Notes: a model not told the origin generated them from the letters alone. Shown: positions 28,632 to 38,061, counted from the stretch's first letter. The stretch is 64,000 nucleotides of DNA from Acidobacteriota bacterium (GCA_028749235.1 JAQULS010000001.1:755-64754); one strand, 5' to 3'. A program made the numbers and translations.

Positions 28632-29683
28632 ACCGAGTGAGCGCCCCCGCCGTCCTCAATCCCGTCCGGACCAAGGAGGATCTTCTCTTCGAGGACGGCC
28701 TCCGGCCGCGGAACTTCGACGAGTTCATCGGCCAGGAGACCATCAAGGCCAACCTGAAGATCTTCATCGCCGCCGCCCGCAAGCGCGGCGAGCATCTCGA
28801 CCACGTCCTGCTCTACGGGCCGCCCGGCCTGGGCAAGACGAGCCTGGCCTACCTTCTGGCCAAGGAGCTGGGCGTGGGCATCAAGCCCACCTCGGGACCG
28901 GTCATCGAGCGGGTCGGGGACCTTTCGGCCATCCTGTCCAACCTGCAGACCAAGGAAATCCTCTTCATCGACGAGATCCACCGCCTTCAGCCCGCGGTCG
29001 AGGAGATCATGTACTCGGCCATGGAGGACTTCTGCCTGGATATCGTCATCGGCCAGGGGCCCGCCGCCCGCAGCCACAAGCTGGCCCTGAAGAAGTTCAC
29101 CCTGATCGGGGCCACGACCCGGGCCGGGAGGATCACCGCGCCGCTGCGGTCCCGCTTCGGCATCATCCACCGGCTGGATTACTACCGGGACGAGGAGATC
29201 AAGCGGGTGCTCCTGCGCTCGGCCGGGCTGATGAACGTCCGGCTGGACGAGGAGGGCGCGGATGCCATCTCCCTCCGCTCCCGCGGAACGCCCCGGGTGG
29301 CCAACCGGCTGTTGCGCCGGGTGCGCGACTACGTCGACGTCCGCGGCGGCGGCGTCATCACCGGGCCGGAAGCCCGCTACGCCCTGGACATGATGGAGGT
29401 CGACGCGATCGGCCTGGACGACGTGGACCGCAAGATCCTGGGCACGATCATCGAAAACTTCGGCGGCGGCCCGGTCGGCATCTCGACCATCGCCGCGGCC
29501 ATCGACGAGGACAAGGACACCATCGAGTCCATCTACGAGCCGTTCCTGATGCGGATCGGCTTCCTGGACCGCACGCCGCGCGGACGCAAGCTCACGGACA
29601 AAGCCTGGCGCCATCTCGGCTTTGCGGCGCCGGGCGAAAACCCGGCGGCGGGACGGACGGGTGGGCAGAAAAAGCTCTTTTAG
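28628..29683 (+). CDS. ruvB: Holliday junction branch migration helicase RuvB
   Basis: LRPRNFDEFIGQ, GPPGLGKT, FIDEIHR, GATTRAG, SRGTPR, RTPRGR. Confidence 0.96.
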   Translation: MNRVSAPAVLNPVRTKEDLLFEDGLRPRNFDEFIGQETIKANLKIFIAAARKRGEHLDHVLLYGPPGLGKTSLAYLLAKELGVGIKPTSGPVIERVGDLSAILSNLQTKEILFIDEIHRLQPAVEEIMYSAMEDFCLDIVIGQGPAARSHKLALKKFTLIGATTRAGRITAPLRSRFGIIHRLDYYRDEEIKRVLLRSAGLMNVRLDEEGADAISLRSRGTPRVANRLLRRVRDYVDVRGGGVITGPEARYALDMMEVDAIGLDDVDRKILGTIIENFGGGPVGISTIAAAIDEDKDTIESIYEPFLMRIGFLDRTPRGRKLTDKAWRHLGFAAPGENPAAGRTGGQKKLF

Positions 29684-29815
29684 CCGACCTGACCGTCCTC
29701 GATACCTCCATCAAGATGGCCTTCAAGCTTGTCGAAGCGAAAACGATGGAAAAGGAACTGGGAGGGAGTTTACCAATGACCCAAGGCGCGGGCGCCCGCG
29801 GAGCGCCGCCGGAGC

Positions 29816-30670
29816 CTACTTGATGTACAGGTAGACGGCGTGTTCCGTCCCGACATCGTCGGTCAGCGTTTCCGACTTGGCGCCCCTCGACTCCCAGCCC
29901 TCGATGGTGTAGTTGTGGGAGACGACCCGCGTCCCCTTCCTCAGCTGGGCTTCCAGCTTGGGCCGTAGGAGGAGGTTGGACTCCGGCAGGAGGTAGAGGG
30001 TCACCACGGTGGCGGCCGAGATATCCAGGGTCATGGCGTCCTGCCGGCGGAATTCGACCAGGCGCTCGACCCCGGCCGCCTTGGCCGCGGCCAGGCACTC
30101 CCGGATCCGCTCGGGGACGATATCGACCCCGACACCGCGGGCCCCGTACTCGCGGGCGGCCGTGATCAGGATGCGGCCGTCGCCGCAGCCGATGTCGTAG
30201 ATGATGTCTTCGGGCCCGACCCCGGCCGTCTCGAGCATCTTCTCGACCACCGGCATGGGCGTGGGGACATAGGGGGCCAGGTCCGCGGCGTCGGCCAGTC
30301 CGTGCGCGCCCTTGAACATCTCCAGCTTCCCGCGTTCGTCCAGCCGGAAAGAGTGGGCCGAGCCGGGCTCCAGCCGATAGAGCTTGTCATGGTCGCCGTT
30401 GGAGAACTGGAGGTCCATGGCCGTCCGGCTCGAGAAGCGGTCGACAGTACCCGGAGCCAGCGTCCGGGCCATCGGCCCGACGTTCGAGAACAGGACCCGG
30501 ATGGTGTAATGGACGGGATCGGACGTGACGTTGCGGAGGGTCGTTTCGGGCGCGGCGGCCGGTTCGGGGGACTTGTCGGGCCCCTCCGGCCGGCAGGCCG
30601 AAACCCCGGCGAAAGCCGCCGTTACGACCAGTACGGCCGCGAAAGCTCGGAAGATCGGGCGCCTTTTCAT
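29816..30670 (-). CDS. Class I SAM-dependent methyltransferase with lipoprotein signal peptide and extra N-terminal domain
   Basis: Lipobox GVSAC; APYVPTP, YDIGCGDGRI, VVTLYL, RVVSH. Confidence 0.82.
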   Translation of the reverse strand: MKRRPIFRAFAAVLVVTAAFAGVSACRPEGPDKSPEPAAAPETTLRNVTSDPVHYTIRVLFSNVGPMARTLAPGTVDRFSSRTAMDLQFSNGDHDKLYRLEPGSAHSFRLDERGKLEMFKGAHGLADAADLAPYVPTPMPVVEKMLETAGVGPEDIIYDIGCGDGRILITAAREYGARGVGVDIVPERIRECLAAAKAAGVERLVEFRRQDAMTLDISAATVVTLYLLPESNLLLRPKLEAQLRKGTRVVSHNYTIEGWESRGAKSETLTDDVGTEHAVYLYIK

Positions 30671-30813
30671 GAGTCGTTCGTCCCGCGGAGGGCGGGTATC
30701 ATCATACGCCGATTCCCGGCCCGCGGTCATCCCGCCCGGATGATCCCGGGCCGATCCTCCCCTTGCGGCCGAGGCCGGTTTCCCGCTATGCTGGCCCCCG
30801 GACAAAACCCGCC

Positions 30814-31854
30814 GTGAATATCCAGGAATTCGACTTCGACCTGCCGCCGGAGCTCATCGCCCAGCACCCCGCCGCCCGCCGCGACGAGTCGCGAATGATG
30901 GTCGTCGACCGGGCGGCGGGACGTATCTCCCACCGGATGTTCCGCGATTTTCCCGATTGGCTCCGCGGGGACGAGCTCCTCGTGCTCAACGACGCCAAGG
31001 TCATCCCGGCCAAGGCCTGGGGCAAGAGGGGTGCGGCGACGGTCGAGTTTCTCTTCCTGAAGGAAATCGAGCCCGGCCTCTGGGACGTCCTCTGCAAACC
31101 CGCCCGCCGCATTCGCCCGGGAGACGAGATCGTCTTCGCCGACGACCTCAAGGGCACGGCCGAAATGCCCGCTCCCGGCTCGGACGAAGGCCGCCGCCGC
31201 ATCCGCTTCGGAATGCCCGACGTCCTGGGCCGGCTGAAGCGCATCGGGTTCGCCCCCCTGCCGCCCTACATCAAGCGGGCCAAGGCCGACCGGGGCGAGC
31301 GCGAACGGGACCTCGAGCGCTACCAGACCGTCTTCGCCTCGCGCGAGGGCGCCATCGCCGCACCGACGGCCGGCCTGCACTTCACGCCCGAGGTCCTGGA
31401 GCGGATCCGGGCCAAGGGCGTCGAATCCGCCCGGGTCACGCTTCACGTCGGCCTGGCCACCTTCCAGCCGATGCGGACGGACCGGATCGAAGACCACCGC
31501 ATGCTCGAGGAATCCTACGACGTGCCCGGAGAAGCGGCGGACGCCGTCGACCGGGCCAAAGCCGGAGGCCGGCCCGTCCTGGCCGTCGGCACGACCGTCG
31601 TCCGGACGCTGGAAAGCGCCGGCCGCTCAGGCCGGCTCGCGCCGGGACCGGGAGTGACGTCGCTCTTCATCACCCCCGGATTCGAATTCAAGATCGTCGA
31701 CCGCCTGCTGACGAACTTCCACCTGCCGCGTTCGACGCTGCTTCTTCTCGTCTCGTCCCTGGCCGGGCGGGAGCTCATCCTGAGCGCTTACCGCGAAGCC
31801 GTCCGCGAGCGCTATCGCTTCTTTTCCTACGGCGACTGCATGCTGATTCTATGA
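30814..31854 (+). CDS. queA: SAM:tRNA ribosyltransferase-isomerase
   Basis: FDLPPELIAQHP, PLPPYIKR, YQTVFA, AAPTAGLHF, LHVG, AVGTT, TNFHLPRST, YRFFSYGD. Confidence 0.96.
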   Translation: MNIQEFDFDLPPELIAQHPAARRDESRMMVVDRAAGRISHRMFRDFPDWLRGDELLVLNDAKVIPAKAWGKRGAATVEFLFLKEIEPGLWDVLCKPARRIRPGDEIVFADDLKGTAEMPAPGSDEGRRRIRFGMPDVLGRLKRIGFAPLPPYIKRAKADRGERERDLERYQTVFASREGAIAAPTAGLHFTPEVLERIRAKGVESARVTLHVGLATFQPMRTDRIEDHRMLEESYDVPGEAADAVDRAKAGGRPVLAVGTTVVRTLESAGRSGRLAPGPGVTSLFITPGFEFKIVDRLLTNFHLPRSTLLLLVSSLAGRELILSAYREAVRERYRFFSYGDCMLIL

Positions 31855-31879
31855 ACCAGCCGCCGGAATTCTCGAAAGC

Positions 31880-33244
31880 TCAGGCCGTGATGATGCCCAG
31901 CGGGGGGTTGGTCTTCCACAAGCCGCGGGTGAAGTCGGGGATCGCGACCGGCTTGCCCTTGGCCGCGACGCTGCGGCAGGAAGCCTCGACGACCGCGCTC
32001 CAGGCGGCCGCGTCGTAGACGTCCTGGTCCAGCGGCTCGCCTTTGCGCAGGGACTGGATCAGGCGGTAATCCTCGATGTAATCCATGCCGCCGTGGCCGC
32101 GGCCCTCGCCCTTCGAGGCGATGGCCTTCCATAACGGATGATCGTACTCGGCCGCGAACCTCTCGAAGTCGTCCCAGGCGTGGGCTTTTTCGGCCTTGCC
32201 CTCGACGTAGATCCGGTCGGGCCACTTGTGGGCCAGGCCCTTGGTCCCCTGGACCAGGTTGATGCGGGTATAAGGCCGGGGCAGGTTGGTGTCGTGGATG
32301 AGGATGATCGTCTTGCCCAGCTTGGTCCGGATCAGGGACGTATTGACGTCGCCCAAGACGAATTTCTCGGCCGCCTGGGGAGAGCCGGCGCCGAACTTCT
32401 CGACGGCGTACTCATGCAGCCCCCGCCCGGGCGAGCTCATCGAGACGAGGACGTCGAAGGCGTCGCCCCGGTTGATGTTCATGCACTGGGCCACGGGGCC
32501 GAGGCCGTGGGTCGGATAGAGGTTGCCGTTGAGCTTCTGGGCCCAGGCCCGCCGCCACAGGCCCTCGCCCTCCTTGGAGAACTTGACGTCGCGCAGGTCG
32601 TGCAGGTAGCCCGCCTCGGCGTGCAGGATCTCGCCCAGCAGGCCCTGCCGGACCAGGTTCAAGGTCATAAGCTCGATCCGGTCGTAGCAGCAGTTCTCCA
32701 TCATCTGGCAGTGCTTGCCGTACTTCTCGGCCGTCTCCACCAGGGCCCAGCAGTCGTCCAGGAACATCGCCGCCGGGACCTCGGTCGCGGCGTGCTTGCC
32801 GTTCTTCATGGCCGAGAGGCATACGGGGACATGCCACTCCCAGGGGGTCGCCGTCATGACCAGGTCGAGGTCCTCCTTCTCGCACATCCGCTCGAAGTCG
32901 CGGGGGCCGTTGGAGTAGCCCGCCGGCTTGGGCCGGCCGGCGTCCGTGCACATCTTCTGGGCCCGTTCGACCTTGGCCGGAACGATGTCGCAGATCGCCT
33001 TGATCTCCAGGCCGTCGATAGCCAGGTAGTTTTGGACATGGGACGAGCCCATGCCGCCGACGCCGACGAAGCCGACCCGGACGGTTTCGACCGGGGCCGT
33101 TTTGAACCCAGATCTGGCCTGCCCGGGGCGCGCGTTCGCCTCGCCCGGCAGCGTCAGGCCGGTCAGGGCCGTGCCCGCGGAAAGGACCGCTCCCGTTTTC
33201 AGAAAATCGCGGCGGGTGGTGCTTTGGGAATCATCCATGATCAT
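31880..33244 (-). CDS. Tat-exported NAD+-dependent GH109 glycosidase (alpha-N-acetylgalactosaminidase-like, Gfo/Idh/MocA fold)
   Basis: TRRDFLK; ATPWEWH, EVPAA, MENCCY, YLHDLR, NLYPTHGLGP, GHGGMD, DVYDAAAW. Confidence 0.88.
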   Translation of the reverse strand: MIMDDSQSTTRRDFLKTGAVLSAGTALTGLTLPGEANARPGQARSGFKTAPVETVRVGFVGVGGMGSSHVQNYLAIDGLEIKAICDIVPAKVERAQKMCTDAGRPKPAGYSNGPRDFERMCEKEDLDLVMTATPWEWHVPVCLSAMKNGKHAATEVPAAMFLDDCWALVETAEKYGKHCQMMENCCYDRIELMTLNLVRQGLLGEILHAEAGYLHDLRDVKFSKEGEGLWRRAWAQKLNGNLYPTHGLGPVAQCMNINRGDAFDVLVSMSSPGRGLHEYAVEKFGAGSPQAAEKFVLGDVNTSLIRTKLGKTIILIHDTNLPRPYTRINLVQGTKGLAHKWPDRIYVEGKAEKAHAWDDFERFAAEYDHPLWKAIASKGEGRGHGGMDYIEDYRLIQSLRKGEPLDQDVYDAAAWSAVVEASCRSVAAKGKPVAIPDFTRGLWKTNPPLGIITA

Positions 33245-33331
33245 GCCTCCGATGCTTCTCGCGCTTCGTCCCCCCGTTTATACCCAATCCGGAATCCCCT
33301 GTAAAGGCGCTTGAGATTCTGGAGCGCCGGT

Positions 33332-33360
33332 TTGAATCTCGGGGCCTAAAAACGTAAAAT
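33332..33360 (+). promoter_or_regulatory. Putative sigma70 promoter of the BMC operon
   Basis: TTGAAT-17 bp-TAAAAT, 26 bp before ATG 33387, in an AT-richer spacer. Confidence 0.65.
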
Positions 33361-33386
33361 GCGGATAGTCTGCTCTATAGCTATCC

Positions 33387-34679
33387 ATGGAAGACACTCT
33401 GTTCGAAAACGGCACGGTGGGCTGCGGCGGAGCCGGTTTCCCCGCCTCGGTCAAGCTCGCCGGGCACGTTGAGACCCTGATCGTCAACGCCGCGGAATGC
33501 GAGCCCCTTCTCCACAAGGATAAGGAGCTGTTGGTCCGCCGCGGCGACGAATTCTTCGCCGGGCTGGCCGAGGCGATGAGGCGGGTGACGGCCCGCCGGG
33601 GGATCATCGCCCTCAAGAAGAAATACGCCGATCTCGCCTCGTCCGTCGCCAAGCGATGCCCGTCGGACGTCGAAGTCCATCTCCTGGACGACGTTTATCC
33701 CGCGGGCGACGAATTCGTCCTGGTCTACGAAGTCACCGGCCGGATCATCGGGCCCGGCGGCCTGCCCAAGGACGTGGACGCCGTGGTCCAGAACGTGGAG
33801 ACGCTGGTCAATATCGGCCTCGCCCGTCCGGTGACCCGCAAGGCCCTGACCGTGGCCGGATTGGTGGCCCGCCCCATGACCCTGGAAGTTCCCGTCGGCG
33901 CGCCGTTCGCGGACATCCTGGCCGCCGCGGGGGGGGCTCTCGAGCCCGATTTCGGCGTCCTCGTCGGCGGAGTCATGATGGGCCGCCTGGCCGGCGATCT
34001 CTCGGAGCCGGTGACCAAGACGACGGCGGGATTGATCGTACTGCCGATAGACCATCCTCTCCTCCGCCGGCATGCCCGGCGTCCGGAGGCCGTGCGGCGG
34101 ATCGCCCGGGCGGCCTGCGACCAATGCACGTTCTGCACCGAGCTGTGCCCCCGCTACCTCCTGAACCATCCCGTCGAGCCCCACCGCGTCATGCGCAGCT
34201 TCGGCCTTGGAATTTCCGCCGACGGCGCCGCCCGCTACGCCCGGTATTGCTCCGGCTGCCGGTTGTGCAGCCTGGCCACCTGCCCCGAAGGGCTCGACCC
34301 ATCGGAGATCTGCGGCCTGGTCAAGAACGCGACCGCGCAGGGAAGCCCCCCCCGCGGCGAGAGCCCGGCCCCGAGGCCCCATCCCCTGCGGTTCGCCCGG
34401 CGCATGCCCACGGCCAGGCTGGTCCGCAAGCTCGGCCTGGAAGGGATGCCCGATCACGCCCCTTGGAGCTCCGTCCGGATCGCCCCGCGCCGCGTCCAGA
34501 TTCCGCTCCGCCAGCACGTCGGCGTGGCGGCCGAGCCGGTGGTGCGGGTCGGGCAAACCGTGAGCGAAGGCGACTGCATCGGACGGATCCCCGCCGGCAA
34601 GCTCGGGGCGCCGGTCCATGCCAGCATCGACGGGCGCGTAGTGTCCGTCGCGGACACGGTCGTGATCGAAGCCGAATAA
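33387..34679 (+). CDS. PduS/RnfC-like FMN and 2x[4Fe-4S] oxidoreductase
   Basis: VGCGGAGFP, NAAECEP, YPAGDE, NVET, GGVMMG, CDQCTFCTELCP, CSGCRLCSLATCP, VHASIDG. Confidence 0.88.
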   Translation: MEDTLFENGTVGCGGAGFPASVKLAGHVETLIVNAAECEPLLHKDKELLVRRGDEFFAGLAEAMRRVTARRGIIALKKKYADLASSVAKRCPSDVEVHLLDDVYPAGDEFVLVYEVTGRIIGPGGLPKDVDAVVQNVETLVNIGLARPVTRKALTVAGLVARPMTLEVPVGAPFADILAAAGGALEPDFGVLVGGVMMGRLAGDLSEPVTKTTAGLIVLPIDHPLLRRHARRPEAVRRIARAACDQCTFCTELCPRYLLNHPVEPHRVMRSFGLGISADGAARYARYCSGCRLCSLATCPEGLDPSEICGLVKNATAQGSPPRGESPAPRPHPLRFARRMPTARLVRKLGLEGMPDHAPWSSVRIAPRRVQIPLRQHVGVAAEPVVRVGQTVSEGDCIGRIPAGKLGAPVHASIDGRVVSVADTVVIEAE

Positions 34680-34686
34680 GAAAACC

Positions 34687-35247
34687 ATGGACAACATCAA
34701 CAACATCGGGATCATGGAGCTCGGCTCGCTGGCCGCGGGCTACCGGGTCGAAGACGCGCTGCTGAAGACGGCGCCCGTTTCGATCCTGATCGCCCGGCCG
34801 ATCTGCTCGGGCAAGTTCCTGATCGTCGTGGCGGGCTCGGTCGCTTCCGTCAAGGCCTCGCTCGCCGGCGGCATCCGGGTCGGCGGCGAATCGATCATCG
34901 AGCATCGGATCATCAACAACCTGCATCCCGCGGTCCTGCCCGCCCTGGGGCTTGCCGTCGAGATCGGGACGGAATTGCCGGGCGCGCTCGGCATCGTGGA
35001 GACCTTCTCGGCGGCCGCCGCCGTGGAAGCCGCCGACGCGGCCGTCAAGAACGCCCCGATCGGGCTGTTCCGGATCCACTTGGCCATGGCCATGGGCGGG
35101 AAAGGCCTGGTGCTGTTTTGCGGCGGCCTGGGCGACGTCCGGGCCGGGCTGGACGCGGCCGTCGCCGTCATGGCCGAATCGGGCATGCTCGCGGGCAGCG
35201 CCCTGATTTCGGCCCCCTCGGCCGAGCTGCTGCGGGAATACATGTAA
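34687..35247 (+). CDS. BMC-T tandem shell protein, PduT-like
   Basis: Two BMC domains; PICSGKFL (PduT Fe-S Cys position); ALGIVETFS, MAMGGKG. Confidence 0.88.
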   Translation: MDNINNIGIMELGSLAAGYRVEDALLKTAPVSILIARPICSGKFLIVVAGSVASVKASLAGGIRVGGESIIEHRIINNLHPAVLPALGLAVEIGTELPGALGIVETFSAAAAVEAADAAVKNAPIGLFRIHLAMAMGGKGLVLFCGGLGDVRAGLDAAVAVMAESGMLAGSALISAPSAELLREYM

Positions 35248-35259
35248 GGAGACAAGACG

Positions 35260-35988
35260 ATGGCGGGAACATTCGACCGGACAGCCGTCGAGAAGATCGT
35301 GCGGGACGTCCTGCGGGATCTTCCCAAGGCCGAGGGCGCACCGCGCGGTGACGGCCCGGCGACTCCTCTCCCGGTCAATGTATCGGCCCGCCATATCCAC
35401 CTCTGCCGCAAGGACTTCGAAGCGCTCTTCGGCCCGGGCGCCCAACCGACGCTCCTGCGGTCTCTCTATCAGGAGGGCCATTTCGCGGCCCGGGAGACCG
35501 TGGCCATTATCGGCCCCAAGAAGCGGATGATCCCGGAACTCCGCATCCTGGGCCCGCTGCGGGACCATTCGCAGGTCGAGCTGGCCTTCACCGACGTCAT
35601 CCACCTGGGGCTCGAAAACGTCCAAGTCCGCATGTCGGGAGACATCGAGGGCACGCCCGGGGCCTGGATCCAGGGTCCGGCCGGCATGCTGGAGTTGAAG
35701 CAGGGCGTGATCCGGGCGGCCCTGCACGTCCACATGAACGAGCGCGACGCGGCCCGGATGGGGGTCGTCCACAAGGGCTTTCTGGCCCTCCGGGTCGAAA
35801 GCGACGCCCCGGTCGTTTTCGGACGCGTCCACGTCCGCGTCGACCCGTCCTTCAAGCTCGAAGTCCACATGGACACGGACGAGGCCAACGCCTGCCACCT
35901 GGCGGCGGCCCGAAACGTGTCCCTGATTCCCGTACCCGGGAGCATCGAAAGTCCCGACGACATCCACCATAAAGGAGCGCGTGCATGA
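35260..35988 (+). CDS. pduL: PduL-type phosphotransacylase with N-terminal encapsulation peptide
   Basis: VSARHIHL, RILGPLR, SQVE, RMSGD, HVHM, HMDTDEANA. Confidence 0.93.
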   Translation: MAGTFDRTAVEKIVRDVLRDLPKAEGAPRGDGPATPLPVNVSARHIHLCRKDFEALFGPGAQPTLLRSLYQEGHFAARETVAIIGPKKRMIPELRILGPLRDHSQVELAFTDVIHLGLENVQVRMSGDIEGTPGAWIQGPAGMLELKQGVIRAALHVHMNERDAARMGVVHKGFLALRVESDAPVVFGRVHVRVDPSFKLEVHMDTDEANACHLAAARNVSLIPVPGSIESPDDIHHKGARA

Positions 35989-36275
35989 GAAAAGCATTGG
36001 GCATGATTGAGACGATCGGCTTCGTCCCCATGCTGGAAGCCACGGATGCGGCCTGCAAGGCCGCCCACGTGACCTTCCTCCATTGGGAGCCGGCCGGTTC
36101 GGGCATGGTCACGGCCTTCTTCGAGGGCGAGGTCGCCGCCGTCAAGGCCGCCGTCGACGCCGGCGCCGAGGCCGCGGCCAAGCTGGGCAAGGTCGTGGCC
36201 GCCCAGGTCATCCCGAATCCGTACCAGGATCTCGAGGCTTTCACCGCGGGGAAGCCCAAGCCCCGGACCGCTTGA
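35985..36275 (+). CDS. BMC-H shell hexamer 1
   Basis: ALGMIETIG, DAACKAA, GEVAAVKAAVDAG, VIPNP. Confidence 0.92.
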   Translation: MRKALGMIETIGFVPMLEATDAACKAAHVTFLHWEPAGSGMVTAFFEGEVAAVKAAVDAGAEAAAKLGKVVAAQVIPNPYQDLEAFTAGKPKPRTA

Positions 36276-36299
36276 AGCGGGCCGAGCGAGAGGACGCAA

Positions 36300-36581
36300 A
36301 TGAGCAATCAAGCCATCGGCATGCTGGAAACGCGGGGCATGGTCGGGCTGGTCACGGCCGGTGACGCCATGTGCAAGGCCGCCAACGTGACCATGATCCG
36401 GACGGTCGAGATCGGCGGCGGCTTCGTCACCACCGTGGTCAAGGGCGAAGTCGGCAGCGTCAAGGCCGCCGTCGAAGCCGGGCTGCTGACCCTGAAGGCC
36501 GTGGGGGCCGAGATCATCGCCGCCCACGTCATCCCCCAGCCGCACGATTCCACCCTCGGGCTCGTGGACAAGAAAGGCTGA
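36300..36581 (+). CDS. BMC-H shell hexamer 2
   Basis: AIGMLETRG, DAMCKAANV, GEVGSVKAAVEAG, HVIPQPH. Confidence 0.94.
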   Translation: MSNQAIGMLETRGMVGLVTAGDAMCKAANVTMIRTVEIGGGFVTTVVKGEVGSVKAAVEAGLLTLKAVGAEIIAAHVIPQPHDSTLGLVDKKG

Positions 36582-36594
36582 GGCGCCGGCCGTC

Positions 36595-37767
36595 ATGAAG
36601 ATCCTGGTGCCGAACATCGGCAGCACGTCGTTCAAGTATCGGCTCATCGATATGGACGGCGAGGCCGTGCTCGGCGAGGGCAAGATCGAGCGCATCGGCC
36701 GGCCCGGCGGCGACTGCCCCGATTACCCCGCCGCCATCCGGCGCTGCCTGGACGCGCTGGTCGGCCCGGGCAAGCCGCTGGCCGCCCTGGACGAGCTGTC
36801 GGCCGTGGGCTTCAAGGCCGTTCACGCCCACGGGCTGACGGGCGCCGTGCCCGTGACGCCGGAAGTCCTGGCGGCCATGGAGGAATACGCCTTTCTCCTG
36901 CCGGCCCACAACCCGCCCTATGTCGCGGCCATGAAGGCCTTCGCCGCCGCGGCGCCCACGGTCCCGTCCGTGGCGCTTTTCGAGACGGCCTTTTTCACGG
37001 ACATGCCCGAGGCGGCCTCCATCTACGCCGTGCCTTGGTCGTGGCGGGAGGAGGACGGGGTGCGGCGTTTCGGCTTCCACGGCGCCAGCCACCGCTATGC
37101 CAGCGACCAGGCGCGGCGTCTGGTCGGGCGGGACGGGCTGGCCCACATTTCCTGCCACCTGGGCGGCAGCTCGAGCCTGGCCGCCGTCAAGGACGGCCGG
37201 GCCGTCGACACCAGCTTCGGCATGACCCCCCAGAGCGGCATCCCCCAGAATAACCGGGTCGGAGACGTCGACGTCTTCGCCGTGCTGTATCTCATGAAAA
37301 AACACGGGCTCGGCCCCGACGAGATGGCCCGGACGCTGGCCCAGGAATCCGGGCTGGCCGGCATCTCGGGCCTCAGCGGCGACGTCCGCGACCTCGAGGC
37401 CGCGGCGGCCCGGGGACACGAGCGGGCCCGGCTGGCCCTGGAAGCCTATGTCTACGCCGTGCGCCGCTTCCTGGGGGCCTTCCTGATCGAGCTCGGCAAG
37501 GTCGATGTGATCACCTTCTCCGGCGGCATCGGCGAGCACTCGGCCTGGGTCCGGCGGCGCGTCCTGCGCGGCCTGGAGCCGTTCGGCATCATCCTCGACG
37601 ATCGTCGCAACGAGGCGGCGGAGAAAAACACGCGCATCTCCGCCGAGTCCTCGCCGGCGCAGGTCTGGGTCGTCGAGACCAACGAAGAGATCGTCGTGGC
37701 CCGGGCCGCGGCGGACGTCCTGAAAAGAATCCAAGCGGAAAAATCGGCGGGACGCGCGGCGTCCTGA
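36595..37767 (+). CDS. ackA: Acetate/propionate kinase (BMC-associated)
   Basis: NIGSTSFKY, PAHN, FETAF, RRFGFHGASH, CHLGGSSS, FSGGIGE, ETNEE. Confidence 0.9.
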   Translation: MKILVPNIGSTSFKYRLIDMDGEAVLGEGKIERIGRPGGDCPDYPAAIRRCLDALVGPGKPLAALDELSAVGFKAVHAHGLTGAVPVTPEVLAAMEEYAFLLPAHNPPYVAAMKAFAAAAPTVPSVALFETAFFTDMPEAASIYAVPWSWREEDGVRRFGFHGASHRYASDQARRLVGRDGLAHISCHLGGSSSLAAVKDGRAVDTSFGMTPQSGIPQNNRVGDVDVFAVLYLMKKHGLGPDEMARTLAQESGLAGISGLSGDVRDLEAAAARGHERARLALEAYVYAVRRFLGAFLIELGKVDVITFSGGIGEHSAWVRRRVLRGLEPFGIILDDRRNEAAEKNTRISAESSPAQVWVVETNEEIVVARAAADVLKRIQAEKSAGRAAS

Positions 37768-37785
37768 GACAAAGGAGTTCCTATC

Positions 37786-38061
37786 ATGGTGAATCCGGCG
37801 ATCGGAATGATCGAAACGCGGGGCCTGACGGCCCTGGTCATGGCCACCGACGCGATGCTCAAGGCGTCGGCGGTGGAGTTCATGGGCTGGCGGAAGGTCG
37901 GCAGCGGTTTGTGCTCCGCCTACGTCAAGGGCGACGTGGCCGCCGTGCGGACCTCCCTGGACGCCGGCATCGCCATCGCCCGCGAGGTCGGCCAAATCGT
38001 CAACACCCAGGTCCTGTCGCGCCCCCACGACGAGATCCAGGGCATGGTCCCGAAGCGCTGA
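37786..38061 (+). CDS. BMC-H shell hexamer 3
   Basis: AIGMIETRG, DAMLKAS, KVGSG, GDVAAV, SRPH. Confidence 0.94.
   Translation: MVNPAIGMIETRGLTALVMATDAMLKASAVEFMGWRKVGSGLCSAYVKGDVAAVRTSLDAGIAIAREVGQIVNTQVLSRPHDEIQGMVPKR

Noticed and set aside
29684..29815. Coding-like intergenic stretch after ruvB (ADLTVLDTSIKMAFKLVEAK...)
   Set aside because: Short, no credible start or RBS, no recognisable family; cannot be supported as a pseudogene without a search.
33387..34679. RnfC of a membrane Rnf complex, or NuoF
   Set aside because: No other rnf or nuo genes; domain order and BMC context fit PduS-like.
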